Source: an uncultured Acidobacteriota bacterium
Lineage (GTDB): Bacteria; Acidobacteriota; Vicinamibacteria; Vicinamibacterales; 2-12-FULL-66-21
Direction: 5' to 3'
DNA: 32,000 nucleotides
Assembly (NCBI GenBank): GCA_963804795.1
Contig: CAWDRS010000007.1
Span: 325,930-357,929 of the forward strand
The notes beneath the pieces were generated by a model, which worked only from the letters and a program-made list of their open reading frames with translations, had not been told where the DNA came from and ran no database searches. The first letter of the stretch is position 1, and each line of letters begins with the position of its first letter. Shown here piece by piece: positions 1 to 7,528 of the stretch. The position numbers and the translations under genes were made by a program.

Positions 1-190
1 TGAGCGTATCACTGGCGACGCCGCGCCCGCGTCAACAACGTCAGCGGTCGCATCGGGAGGCGCCGTCGCTCGCGGGGTCCGTTCGCCCCGCTCCGCTCCG
101 GCGGGCGCGCTTCGTCTGCGTGCCGAAGATGAGGTTGTCCGACGTCTTTCGGCCGGCGTAAGGCTGCACCATGTGGGTAAGTCGCCGCTT

Positions 191-230
191 TCGATCGATC
201 ACAATTTTTCTCGAAAAATCTGCGATCGAC
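191..230 (+). promoter_or_regulatory. AT-rich palindromic island upstream of the cupredoxin gene (possible promoter/operator)
   Basis: TTTTTC-TC-GAAAAA inverted repeat at 205-218, flanked by TCGATCGA (191-198) and GCGATCGA (222-229). It is the only AT-rich patch in the GC-rich leader and lies 50-90 bp upstream of the ATG at 279. No consensus -35/-10 was identified. Confidence 0.2.
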
Positions 231-278
231 GACGGCCGGACAGTTGCTCTCCCACTTCGCACCAATGGGAGGCCAGCT

Positions 279-656
279 ATGACGCCCTTTCGGCTGAGTC
301 TGATTACGATCGTCAGCGCGTTCGCCGCGGCATGCGGAGGAGGCTACTCGTCGACGCCGACGACACCAACGCCCGCTCCGTCCACTGCTACTACTCCAGT
401 ATCGATACCCGTCGGTGCGCGGACGCTCGCCACGAGCGCCTTTAGTCCCAGCCCTCTCACGATCCCTGTGGGAACCACCGTGCGCTGGACCAACAACGAC
501 ACGATTGCGCACGATGCGACCTCGAACACCGGCGCCTTCGCCTCGGGCACTCTGAACGCCGGCGCCCGTTTCGACTTCACGTTTCAAACCTCCGGTACGT
601 TCTCCTATCACTGCACGATCCATCCGGGAATGATGGGCACAGTGATCGTGCAGTAA
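279..656 (+). CDS. Cupredoxin (plastocyanin/amicyanin-like blue copper protein), lipoprotein
   Basis: The internal ATG at 279 is preceded by GGGAGG (267-272). Lipoprotein signal MTPFRLSLITIVSAFAAAC. Type-1 Cu ligand pattern: His in NDTIAHDA and the C-terminal YHCTIHPGMMG (Cys-x2-His-x2-Met). The track ORF 171..656 is extended 5' of the likely start. Confidence 0.85.
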   Translation: MTPFRLSLITIVSAFAAACGGGYSSTPTTPTPAPSTATTPVSIPVGARTLATSAFSPSPLTIPVGTTVRWTNNDTIAHDATSNTGAFASGTLNAGARFDFTFQTSGTFSYHCTIHPGMMGTVIVQ

Positions 657-665
657 CGGCGATTG

Positions 666-790
666 TCAACCGGTAGCGATTGTCGTGGCGGCGGGATCGA
701 ACCACTCGAGCGCCGGCCTCAGCCTGACGGTCTCCCCGATGACGATGACCGCTGGCGCGCCGAGTCCTTCGCGGGCGATGAGGAATGAGT
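666..790 (-). pseudogene. 3'-terminal remnant of a uroporphyrinogen-III C-methyltransferase (CobA/CysG-type) gene
   Basis: Minus-strand translation gives ...SFLIAREGLGAPAVIVIGETVRLRPALEWFDPAATTIATG* (stop at 668-666). This matches the conserved C-terminus of SUMT/CysG (..[20 protein letters not shown]..). There is no room for the about 200 aa N-terminal part because the radical SAM gene ends at 926. Upstream similarity, if any, continues in another frame. Confidence 0.4.
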
Positions 791-925
791 GAGGAGGAGG
801 CCTATCTCGCAATCCAGCGCCAGAGCCGCCAGCGTCGACGTCCCAAGCGCGAGATTGCCGAGGCGATTCTGCCGGCCGATGACATGCGGCGGGGGAGGGT
901 TACGTCGTAGCGCCGGGTCCTGGCC

Positions 926-2488
926 TCAGCCTGCATCCGCGGGTGAATACGACCGAACATCGGGCGGCACCCGTGCGCCGGCCGGCATGGGCACCGAGAG
1001 ACCAGGAAGGGGATCTGCGGCGAACAAACGTCGACAGGGCTTCGCGAGCAGGCGCGCCCATCGATTGGCCCGGCTCACTCGCGCGCTGTCGCTGGCGATG
1101 CCGGTGTTCGCGTACATCTGCCGGTACAACTTGGAGATGATGACGAACGCCAGTCGAGACCGTAATGTCTTCGTGCACTTGGATCTCGCCCAGATTCGCC
1201 GCAGGCCGTAGAACCGATCCCAGACGGCCTGCGTCCTGGAGCGGATCTCCTCGGCCGACATGACCGGGTGGGACATGTAGATCTTTGGACGATGCGCCTG
1301 GGGAATCAGCCAGTGACGCGTGACGGGGATGCCTGCGATCCGGGTGTTGTTAGCCGCCTGGGCGTTCTCCCATGTGTTGAAATCGACGGTACCCGGATAC
1401 GGGGTCAGCAGGACGAACTGCGCGAACGTCAGGCCTGCGCGATCCGCAATGTCTGCGGTTGTCTCGAATGTGGAGGAGCGATCGCTTGGAAGTCCGAAGA
1501 TGAACGAGCCGAGCACGTGCACGCCGTGCTCGCGGAACTTGCGCAGGCGCTCGACCAGCGCCTCGCCCACATCGTTGAAGCCCTTGTAAACGTCCTTCAG
1601 GCCTTCCGGAGTGACGGCCTCTACGCCGACGAGCGCGCCCTTGATGTTGGCGCGGCGCATGGCGTCGAGGAAGGCCTCGTCTTCGGCGACCTCCATCGTG
1701 ATCTGCGTGAAGAACACCATGTCCGACGGAAGCTGCGCCAGCCTGTCCATCAACTCGAATCGCTCTGACCGCAGGGTCCGCAGCTGCTCCAGGCGGGCCG
1801 CGTTGTTCTGGCGGGCCGCCATCGCAAGATCCGCCATCGTCACCGGGTAGAAATTGTCGTCGGCCAGCGCGACGAAACGGAACCCACGCCGCCTGAGATC
1901 CACGATCTCTTCGACGACCGCGTCGACGGTTCGCTGCCGGGGCTTCTGTCCATCGGTGCGCCAGACCGAACAGAACGAGCAGTGCTTGGGGCAGCCGCGA
2001 ACCGTTTGCACCGAGCCCCACATGTAGCGCCCTTCCGGCAGCAGCTCCCAGCGCGCCGGGACGAACCGGTCGGCATCGACGCGTCCGCCTTCGTATACAG
2101 GCTTCAACGTGCCGCGCGTCACGTCGTCCAGGACCACCGGCCACACGAGGTCGCCGTCGCCCTTCACGACCGCGTGGGCCCCGCCCAGCTCGCGAGCCTC
2201 GTCCGGGTACAGCGTGGCGTGGATGCCGCCGAACACCACGATGGCCCGGCGGGCCCGCGCAAGCGTGCCGATTTCGTAGCCCCGGAGGGCGTTCCCCGTA
2301 TGAATCCCGATGCCGACGACGTCGCCGGGCCGTAAGGTTTCGACGTCGAAGGCCTCGAGCGTTTCGTCGGTGATGCTGGGAAGCCCGAACGAAGCCGGTG
2401 TCGCTCCGGCGAGGACGAACAGCCATCGCGGGGTGATCACCCCGACACCGAACGACAGATGGCTTGGGTTGACGAGGTGAACCGTCAT
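926..2488 (-). CDS. B12-binding-domain radical SAM protein (COG1032-like, about 520 aa)
   Basis: The N-terminus MTVHLVNPSH.. matches the usual start of this family. It has an N-terminal Rossmann-like B12-binding region (VVGIGIHTGNA..VVFGGIHATLYP) and the radical SAM cluster motif RGCPKHCSFCSV (CxxxCxxC). The track ORF 926..2857 is over-extended, and the true ATG is at 2488-2486. Confidence 0.9.
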   Translation of the reverse strand: MTVHLVNPSHLSFGVGVITPRWLFVLAGATPASFGLPSITDETLEAFDVETLRPGDVVGIGIHTGNALRGYEIGTLARARRAIVVFGGIHATLYPDEARELGGAHAVVKGDGDLVWPVVLDDVTRGTLKPVYEGGRVDADRFVPARWELLPEGRYMWGSVQTVRGCPKHCSFCSVWRTDGQKPRQRTVDAVVEEIVDLRRRGFRFVALADDNFYPVTMADLAMAARQNNAARLEQLRTLRSERFELMDRLAQLPSDMVFFTQITMEVAEDEAFLDAMRRANIKGALVGVEAVTPEGLKDVYKGFNDVGEALVERLRKFREHGVHVLGSFIFGLPSDRSSTFETTADIADRAGLTFAQFVLLTPYPGTVDFNTWENAQAANNTRIAGIPVTRHWLIPQAHRPKIYMSHPVMSAEEIRSRTQAVWDRFYGLRRIWARSKCTKTLRSRLAFVIISKLYRQMYANTGIASDSARVSRANRWARLLAKPCRRLFAADPLPGLSVPMPAGARVPPDVRSYSPADAG

Positions 2489-2583
2489 CGGGTGCAATTC
2501 CGTTCTTCGTGTCCGGATGCCGTCACGCTTTCCTCGTCCAGGACATCGAGGGGCAGGCGGACAGGATGGAACGGATGCAACAT
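2485..2583 (-). CDS. Hypothetical 32-aa peptide MLHPFHPVRLPLDVLDEESVTASGHEERNCTR, apparently translationally coupled to the radical SAM gene
   Basis: ATG at 2583-2581 lies 8 nt downstream of a perfect AAGGAG (2597-2592). Its TGA (2487-2485) overlaps the radical SAM ATG (2488-2486) as ATGA. It is below the length cut-off of the supplied ORF track. Its GC3 of about 66% is lower than in neighbouring genes, so coding status is uncertain. Confidence 0.35.
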   Translation of the reverse strand: MLHPFHPVRLPLDVLDEESVTASGHEERNCTR

Positions 2584-2933
2584 TCGTCAGACTCCTTTCG
2601 GCAGCGGGACGACTACCGGGCTCGGAGGCTGAAGCGACGTCAACGCGACGGCACCAGTCTGGCGGGCAAATGTAGTCTATCGTACAAGCGGAGGAGCCTG
2701 GAAAAGGCTTCCTGCGAATGCTACCGGGTGATTCGCGCACAGTTCGAGCGACTTCGATTGTAATCCGTGGATCGCGGGACGCCCCCGCGGCTCGCCCCCG
2801 GCATCTCCTCTCGGGCGATTGCCCTCTTCCGACACCCTCCCTGCCGTTCCCTTCCATTTATTCGTCCATTTTCACGGTCAGGCTCCGGGTGTGTTGCCGA
2901 TTTCGCGACCTCTGTATACGCTGCCTCTGAAGA

Positions 2934-4922
2934 ATGGATCTGGTCGCTGATCTCACCCTCGTGTTGCTGGCCGCCCTCATCGGCGGTTTTCTCGCGCAAC
3001 GCGCCGGGCAGCCGCTGATCGTTGGTTACATTCTGGCCGGCATTGTCGTGGGGCCGTTCACGGCCGGCCCGACGGTCGGCAACGTTCACGACATCGAGCA
3101 ACTGGCCGAGCTCGGCGTGGTACTGCTCCTGTTCTCGCTGGGCCTCGAGCTCTCGTTCCGCGAGCTCGCGCCGGTGCGCTCGGTAGCGCTCGCTGGAGCG
3201 ACGATACAGGTTCTCCTGACCATTGCGTTGGGTTTCGGTGTCGGTGTCGCGATGGGTTGGGCCTGGCGGCCTGCGTTGTGGTTCGGGGCGTTCATCTCGC
3301 TGTCGAGCACGATGGTGGCGCTGAAGACGATCCAGGCCCAAGGTCGGCTCGGAACATTGTCCAGCCGGGTGATGCTCGGCATACTGGTCGTCCAGGATCT
3401 TGCTGTCGTTCCGCTCATCATCATCCTTCCGGAGCTGAGCGATCCGGCCGGCAGTCTGGTCAAGGTCGGCACGGCGACCCTTCGCGCGATCCTTCTGCTC
3501 GGCGTCATCGTGCTCTCGACGCGAGTCGTGCCGCGCCTGATGGCGTTCGTCGCCCGGTGGAACTCGCGGGAACTGTTCTTTCTCTCGACCGTCACGCTGG
3601 CGCTGGGTGTCGGATACCTCGCGTGGTGGTTCGGTCTGTCGCTGGCGATCGGCGCGTTCATCGCCGGCCTGGTGGTCAACGAGTCCGAGTACGCGCACCA
3701 GGCGCTCAGCGATGTCGTCCCGTTGAGGGACCTGTTCGGGATGCTGTTCTTCGTGTCGGTCGGGATGCTGCTGGATCCTGCCGTATTGTGGCAGAACATC
3801 GGCGTCCTGGCGCTCGTGGTGCTCGTGACGATGGTCGGCAAGGCCACGATTCTCGCAGGCATCGTGAGAGCATTCGGCTACTGGAACGTGGTGCCGCTGG
3901 CTGTCGGCCTGACGCTGTTTCAGGTGGGCGAATTTGCGTTCGTCCTGGCCAGGGTCGGGTTGTCGAGTGGAGCGATTTCCAACCACATCTATGCGCTCAC
4001 GCTCAACACCGCGATTGTCACGATGGCGCTCACGCCGGTGGTGTCCCGCCTCGTGCCCACGATCTATGGCCGCTTCTGGCCCCGGCGTGCTCGGGAAACC
4101 CTGGAGCTGATCAATCTCCCGCCGGCAGGTTTGTCCGAGCACATCGTCGTGGCGGGATCAGGACGGGTCGGCCGCAGCGTTGTCGATGCGCTCGAGCACC
4201 TGAAGCTGCCGTTCGTGCTGGTCGAATTCGACGATCGTCGGGTGCAGCAGGCACGCGCCGCCGGCCTCCCGGTGATCTACGGGGACGCCAGCCAGGCCGT
4301 GGTCCTGGACGCGGCAGGGGTCAGCCGCGCCCGGGCGCTGTTGGTCACCGTTCCTGCATTTCCCGATGTTCGCAGCATCGTCGCCGCCGTACGACAGCTT
4401 CGCCCGGACCTCCCGATCATCGCCCGGGCCGATGGACGTGAGGCAGTGCGAGCGCTCTATGCGCTCGGCATCCAGGAGGTGACGTCGCCCGAGTTCGAGG
4501 CGGCGATCGAAATGACACGCCAGGCCCTCATGTACTTCAACGTCCCCGCCCAGGACGTCCTTCGCGTGGCCAGCGTGATCCGGCGCGAGCGCTATGAGCA
4601 CGCGGACGAGGGGCGTGACTCCGGATTGGCGCTTATGTCCCAGATTGGAGAAGTGGCGCGGCAGCTGGACTTCACCTGGATGATCGTCCCGCCGGAGAGC
4701 CCGTTCGACGACCGGACGCTTGGCGCACTCCGGGTCCGGTCCACGACTGGCGCGTCGATCGTCGGCGTCATTCGGTCCAATTCGTTCGAGGCGAACCCGG
4801 ATGGACAGTTCCGGTTGACGCGGGGAGACCTCGTCGCGGTGCTCGGCACCCGCGATCAGATCGTCCGTTTCGAACGGGCGATGCAGGTGGGCGGTCCAGC
4901 TCGCGGGGACATCGACAGTTGA
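2934..4922 (+). CDS. Cation:proton antiporter (CPA2/Kef-YbaL type) with C-terminal TrkA-N and TrkA-C domains
   Basis: 662-aa ORF. The N-terminal half is a polytopic membrane domain (MDLVADLTLVLLAALIGGFLAQRAGQPLIVGYILAGIVVGP..). It is followed by an NAD-binding-type GxGxxG (VVAGSGRVGRSV) and an RCK/TrkA-C-like tail. Confidence 0.9.
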   Translation: MDLVADLTLVLLAALIGGFLAQRAGQPLIVGYILAGIVVGPFTAGPTVGNVHDIEQLAELGVVLLLFSLGLELSFRELAPVRSVALAGATIQVLLTIALGFGVGVAMGWAWRPALWFGAFISLSSTMVALKTIQAQGRLGTLSSRVMLGILVVQDLAVVPLIIILPELSDPAGSLVKVGTATLRAILLLGVIVLSTRVVPRLMAFVARWNSRELFFLSTVTLALGVGYLAWWFGLSLAIGAFIAGLVVNESEYAHQALSDVVPLRDLFGMLFFVSVGMLLDPAVLWQNIGVLALVVLVTMVGKATILAGIVRAFGYWNVVPLAVGLTLFQVGEFAFVLARVGLSSGAISNHIYALTLNTAIVTMALTPVVSRLVPTIYGRFWPRRARETLELINLPPAGLSEHIVVAGSGRVGRSVVDALEHLKLPFVLVEFDDRRVQQARAAGLPVIYGDASQAVVLDAAGVSRARALLVTVPAFPDVRSIVAAVRQLRPDLPIIARADGREAVRALYALGIQEVTSPEFEAAIEMTRQALMYFNVPAQDVLRVASVIRRERYEHADEGRDSGLALMSQIGEVARQLDFTWMIVPPESPFDDRTLGALRVRSTTGASIVGVIRSNSFEANPDGQFRLTRGDLVAVLGTRDQIVRFERAMQVGGPARGDIDS

Positions 4923-5451
4923 AAAAGATCCGGATCGGCGCGGCAGTGGTGGGCGTGGTTGTGCTCGTCGCCGATGCTGTTGCCGACTCGCCGGTCCGTT
5001 ATCGCAAGGTGTGGGACGTGCCGCTGCCCGCGACCCGGGCCGTGCAGGATCCCGCCGCCATCGCGCGCGGCCGCTATATCGTGTGTGGCCCCGGACGCTG
5101 CGCGGACTGCCCCGCGGCGGACGCGGCGCGCCCGCAGCTGCTCCTCGGCGAGGACGTGCCCTTGACCGGCGGATCCGGCGAGACCACCTATCTGGGGACG
5201 TGGCGCGCGCCCAACCTGACTCCTGATCCCGCCACGGGGATCGGACACGTCACCGACGCGCAGCTCGCGCGAATGATCCGCTACGGCGTCAACCGGGAAG
5301 GATGCCGGACTCGCCGATGCCGTGGGGTGGCTTTTCGCGCATGACTGACACGGACAAGCGGGCGCTCTACCGGTTTCTCCACGGTCTTCCTCCCGTGCAC
5401 CACGACGTCGGTCCCACACTGCAGCCTCTCCGCGGCGAAGTAGCCGGATAG
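4919..5451 (+). pseudogene. Cytochrome c-like gene with a degenerate heme motif and a frame break
   Basis: The TTG start overlaps the kef stop (TTGA). The expected CxxCH site reads CADCP (5099-5113). The reading frame breaks near 5300: ..RMIRYGVNREG in frame 1, then MPDSPMPWGGFSRMTDTDKRALYRFLHGLPPV.. in another frame (5302-5451). Together these reconstitute the conserved C-terminal half of this cytochrome family. Confidence 0.6.
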
Positions 5452-5612
5452 GAACGCCGCGCGCCTCAGCCGGTGATCTTTCGCGCTGGGAAAATGCCGG
5501 CCACAGTCTCGCGTGTGTCGATTCATGCCGCCTCCGGACGACTATCCCGTGAACGCGTGTTCCTGGAACTGGTGATCCGACCCCCTAGTCCAGGATTCAC
5601 TTCTGTTCGTAT

Positions 5613-5798
5613 GTAGGGCAGCCCTGAAGGCCTGAACAGTCTCCTGTGGCTTCCGCCTTCCGCCTTCGCGCGAAGCGCTCCGGCGGACCGCCGTAGCCTT
5701 GGCGGAGGCTGGTCAGGCGGAAGATCGCGGCCGGCGTTGGGCTTCCACCTAAAGGTGGAAGCCACAAGATCGATTTGTTCGCAGGCCTGAAGGCCTGC
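5613..5798. repeat. Cluster of palindromic/REP-like intergenic repeats
   Basis: Perfect hairpins GGCTTCCACC-TAAA-GGTGGAAGCC (5740-5763) and GCAGGCC-TGAA-GGCCTGC (5781-5798). A degenerate copy CAGCCCTGAAGGCCTG lies at 5619-5634. Also present are the palindrome CTTCGCGCGAAG (5664-5675), the tandem CTTCCGC heptamers (5650-5663) and GTGGCTTCC (5646-5654), which is inverted relative to GGAAGCCAC (5757-5765). Confidence 0.6.
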
Positions 5799-5878
5799 GC
5801 TACGGGAGCGCGACATCGCGAACACAAGTGAAGCCCGTGCCCAGAGGTTCGAACCAGTTGGACGAACTTGGAGGTGTC

Positions 5879-6266
5879 ATGAAGTATCTGTGCCTGGTTT
5901 ACGTCGACTGGAAGGTCCTCGAGCAGCTGTCGGGGCCCGAGTTCGATGCGCTCGTGTCGGACTCGCTCGACTACGACGATGAGCTGCGACGGCGCGGCCA
6001 TCTGATCGCGGCCCAGGCCTTGCAACCGGTTGAGACGGCCACAACTGTCCGAGTCCGAAACAACAAGCTGTCGACGACTGACGGCCCGTTCGCGGAGACG
6101 AAGGAGCAGTTGGGCGGCTTCGTCCTCATCGAGGCCAGCGATCTGAACGACGCGCTTCAGATTGCCTCGAAGATCCCGAGTGCGAAGCTCGGCACGATCG
6201 AAGGTACGTCCGATCCAGCCAGCCCCCCAATGCCGGTCCTTTGGCTCCGGGTCTGTAATCCTCTAG
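5879..6266 (+). CDS. YciI-like (DGPF/YCII family) protein, apparent +1 frame break 9 codons after the conserved core
   Basis: GGAGG (5870-5874) precedes the ATG at 5879. The sequence MKYLCLVY..TDGPFAETKEQLGGFVLIE..IPSAKLGTIE is typical YCII. The family-conserved IEVRPI is only read if G6203 is skipped, which gives a stop at 6264-6266. The uncorrected frame runs to 6820, about 470 bp into the next gene. Confidence 0.7.
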
Positions 6267-6353
6267 ACATCTTCGAGGAGCTACGATTCGCTGTTGTTTG
6301 GAGTCTTCTGCGGGACTGTGCTCGCGCTCCGCAATCGTCCACGGAGGTCACGC

Positions 6354-7415
6354 ATGGCCAGACATCTCGCGACCGCCCTTGCCCTTTTCACGACCGTCGG
6401 CCTTGCCGCGCCTCGCGCCGGGTACGCACAGACGTTCAGGGTGGAGAAGTTCGACATCAAAGGCGACGGCGGCACGGACTACGTCACCGTCGAGCTCGCC
6501 ACGGGGCGCGTCTTCGTGTCGCGCTCTACGCACATGATGGTGGTCGACGGCGCCACTGGGAAAGTGCTCGGCGACATTCCGGACACGCCGGGGGTGCACG
6601 GTGCGGGGATCGCCACCAAGCACGGTCACGGCTTCACGACGAACAGCGGCGACCAGACCGTCACGATGTTCGATCTCAAGACGCTGGCGGTGCTCAAGCA
6701 GATCAAGGTCGGGCCCGGTCTCGACGGCATCATGTACGACGAGCCCGACGACAAGATGATCCTCACCAATCACAGCCGTCCGATCGGTACCCTCACGGCG
6801 ATCGATCCCAGGACGGGTGACATCGTTGCCACCGTTGAGCTCGAGGACACCGCACCCGAAGGCGCAGCGGCTGATGGGAAGGGCCACATTTTCGTCAACA
6901 ACGAAAGCAAGAACACCATCCAGGTGATCGACGCCAGGACCTGGAAGGCGACCGCGTCCTGGCCGCTTGCGCCCTGCGACGGGCCGACCGGCATCGCGTA
7001 CGATGCCACGTCCAACCGGATCTTCTCCGGTTGCAGCAAGACCTCGGTGGTCGTTGACGCGAGCACGGGCAAAGTCGTGGCCTCCATCCCGAACGGCACG
7101 CGCGTGGACGCCCTGGGATGGGATCCGTCGAAGAAGCTGATCTTCATCCCCAATGGGGGCGAGGGCAACGTCACGGTCGTCCACCAGGATTCACCGGACA
7201 GGTACACGGTGGTTGGGACCGTCGCCACGTTCGCCGGTGCGAAGACCATCACGGTCGATCCCACGACACACAACGCATACCTCTTCCAGCCCGAGCGCGG
7301 TCCGGCTCCGGCCCCAGCCGCTGGCACGCAGCCACCGGCGGCAGGAGCCGGTGGACGGGGACGCGGTCCACAAGGGCCCGTCGTCGCGGGGTGGTTCATC
7401 GTCATCAGGCAGTAG
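6354..7415 (+). CDS. Secreted YncE-like / YVTN-type beta-propeller protein
   Basis: GGAGG (6343-6347) precedes the ATG at 6354. Signal peptide MARHLATALALFTTVGLAAPRAGYAQ. Repeated propeller-blade-like segments are present (..VFVSRSTHMMVVD..GKVLG.., ..IFVNNESKNTIQVID.., ..RIFSGCSKTSVVVD..GKVVA..). Confidence 0.85.
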   Translation: MARHLATALALFTTVGLAAPRAGYAQTFRVEKFDIKGDGGTDYVTVELATGRVFVSRSTHMMVVDGATGKVLGDIPDTPGVHGAGIATKHGHGFTTNSGDQTVTMFDLKTLAVLKQIKVGPGLDGIMYDEPDDKMILTNHSRPIGTLTAIDPRTGDIVATVELEDTAPEGAAADGKGHIFVNNESKNTIQVIDARTWKATASWPLAPCDGPTGIAYDATSNRIFSGCSKTSVVVDASTGKVVASIPNGTRVDALGWDPSKKLIFIPNGGEGNVTVVHQDSPDRYTVVGTVATFAGAKTITVDPTTHNAYLFQPERGPAPAPAAGTQPPAAGAGGRGRGPQGPVVAGWFIVIRQ

Positions 7416-7528
7416 CCATGCTGCTGACGAACACTTTTTCCCTGTTGGACGTCCTCCGTGTGACGGAAATCCCGGCGGGACGATGTTGCACGCATCTATA
7501 CTGCCGTGTACAACTGGACGCCTCGTCA

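Noticed and set aside
41-172. A 43-aa minus-strand ORF (MVQPYAGRKTSDNLIFGTQTK..) at the left edge of the window.
   Set aside because: It has no SD and no recognisable motif, and the second half of the translation is Arg/Gly-rich filler. The evidence is insufficient.
659-684. A 9-bp direct repeat GCGATTGTC, two copies spaced 8 nt apart, just after the cupredoxin stop.
   Set aside because: A few such short local repeats are expected by chance in 32 kb. It coincides with the last codons and stop of the SUMT-like remnant, and it has no flanking element structure such as a target-site duplication around a mobile element.
694-704. A tRNA T-loop-like GGTTCGATCC on the minus strand (plus-strand GGATCGAACCA).
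   Set aside because: I could not build an acceptor stem, because no 7-nt complement lies about 65 nt upstream. The T-stem has a mismatch. The sequence is simply the codons for ..EWFDP.. of the SUMT-like remnant.
2584-2760. A possible cobalamin riboswitch in the leader of the B12-dependent radical SAM gene.
   Set aside because: Reading the minus strand, I could not find a B12-box-like sequence or the conserved GCCACTG/GGTGCC-type core in a plausible arrangement. B12-using enzymes, unlike B12 synthesis or uptake genes, are also not the usual riboswitch targets.
2721-4142. Long antisense ORFs opposite real genes, for example 2721..4142(-), 9145..10029(-), 10877..11785(-), 11957..13135(-), 29052..30974(-) and 1350..2426(-).
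   Set aside because: They have low-complexity Arg/Asp/His/Pro-rich translations with no motifs. Each fully overlaps a gene with strong family signatures on the opposite strand or in another frame. They are high-GC artefacts.
5281-5526. An 81-aa minus-strand ORF with GGAGG 4 nt upstream of its ATG.
   Set aside because: It is antisense to the recognisable C-terminal half of the cytochrome c-like gene. The translation has no motifs, and the SD spacing is short.
5846-5855. GGTTCGAACC, which could be a tRNA T-arm.
   Set aside because: The flanking bases cannot form a 5-bp T-stem (AGAGG against CAGTT), and there is no acceptor or anticodon arm. It lies in the YciI leader.
6267-6820. The in-frame continuation of the YciI ORF (track ORF 5828..6820), which could be a long fusion protein.
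   Set aside because: The extension is low-complexity Arg/His/Asp-rich. It overlaps about 470 bp of the well-supported propeller gene in another frame. It arises only because the conserved IEVRP ending is thrown out of frame at 6203.
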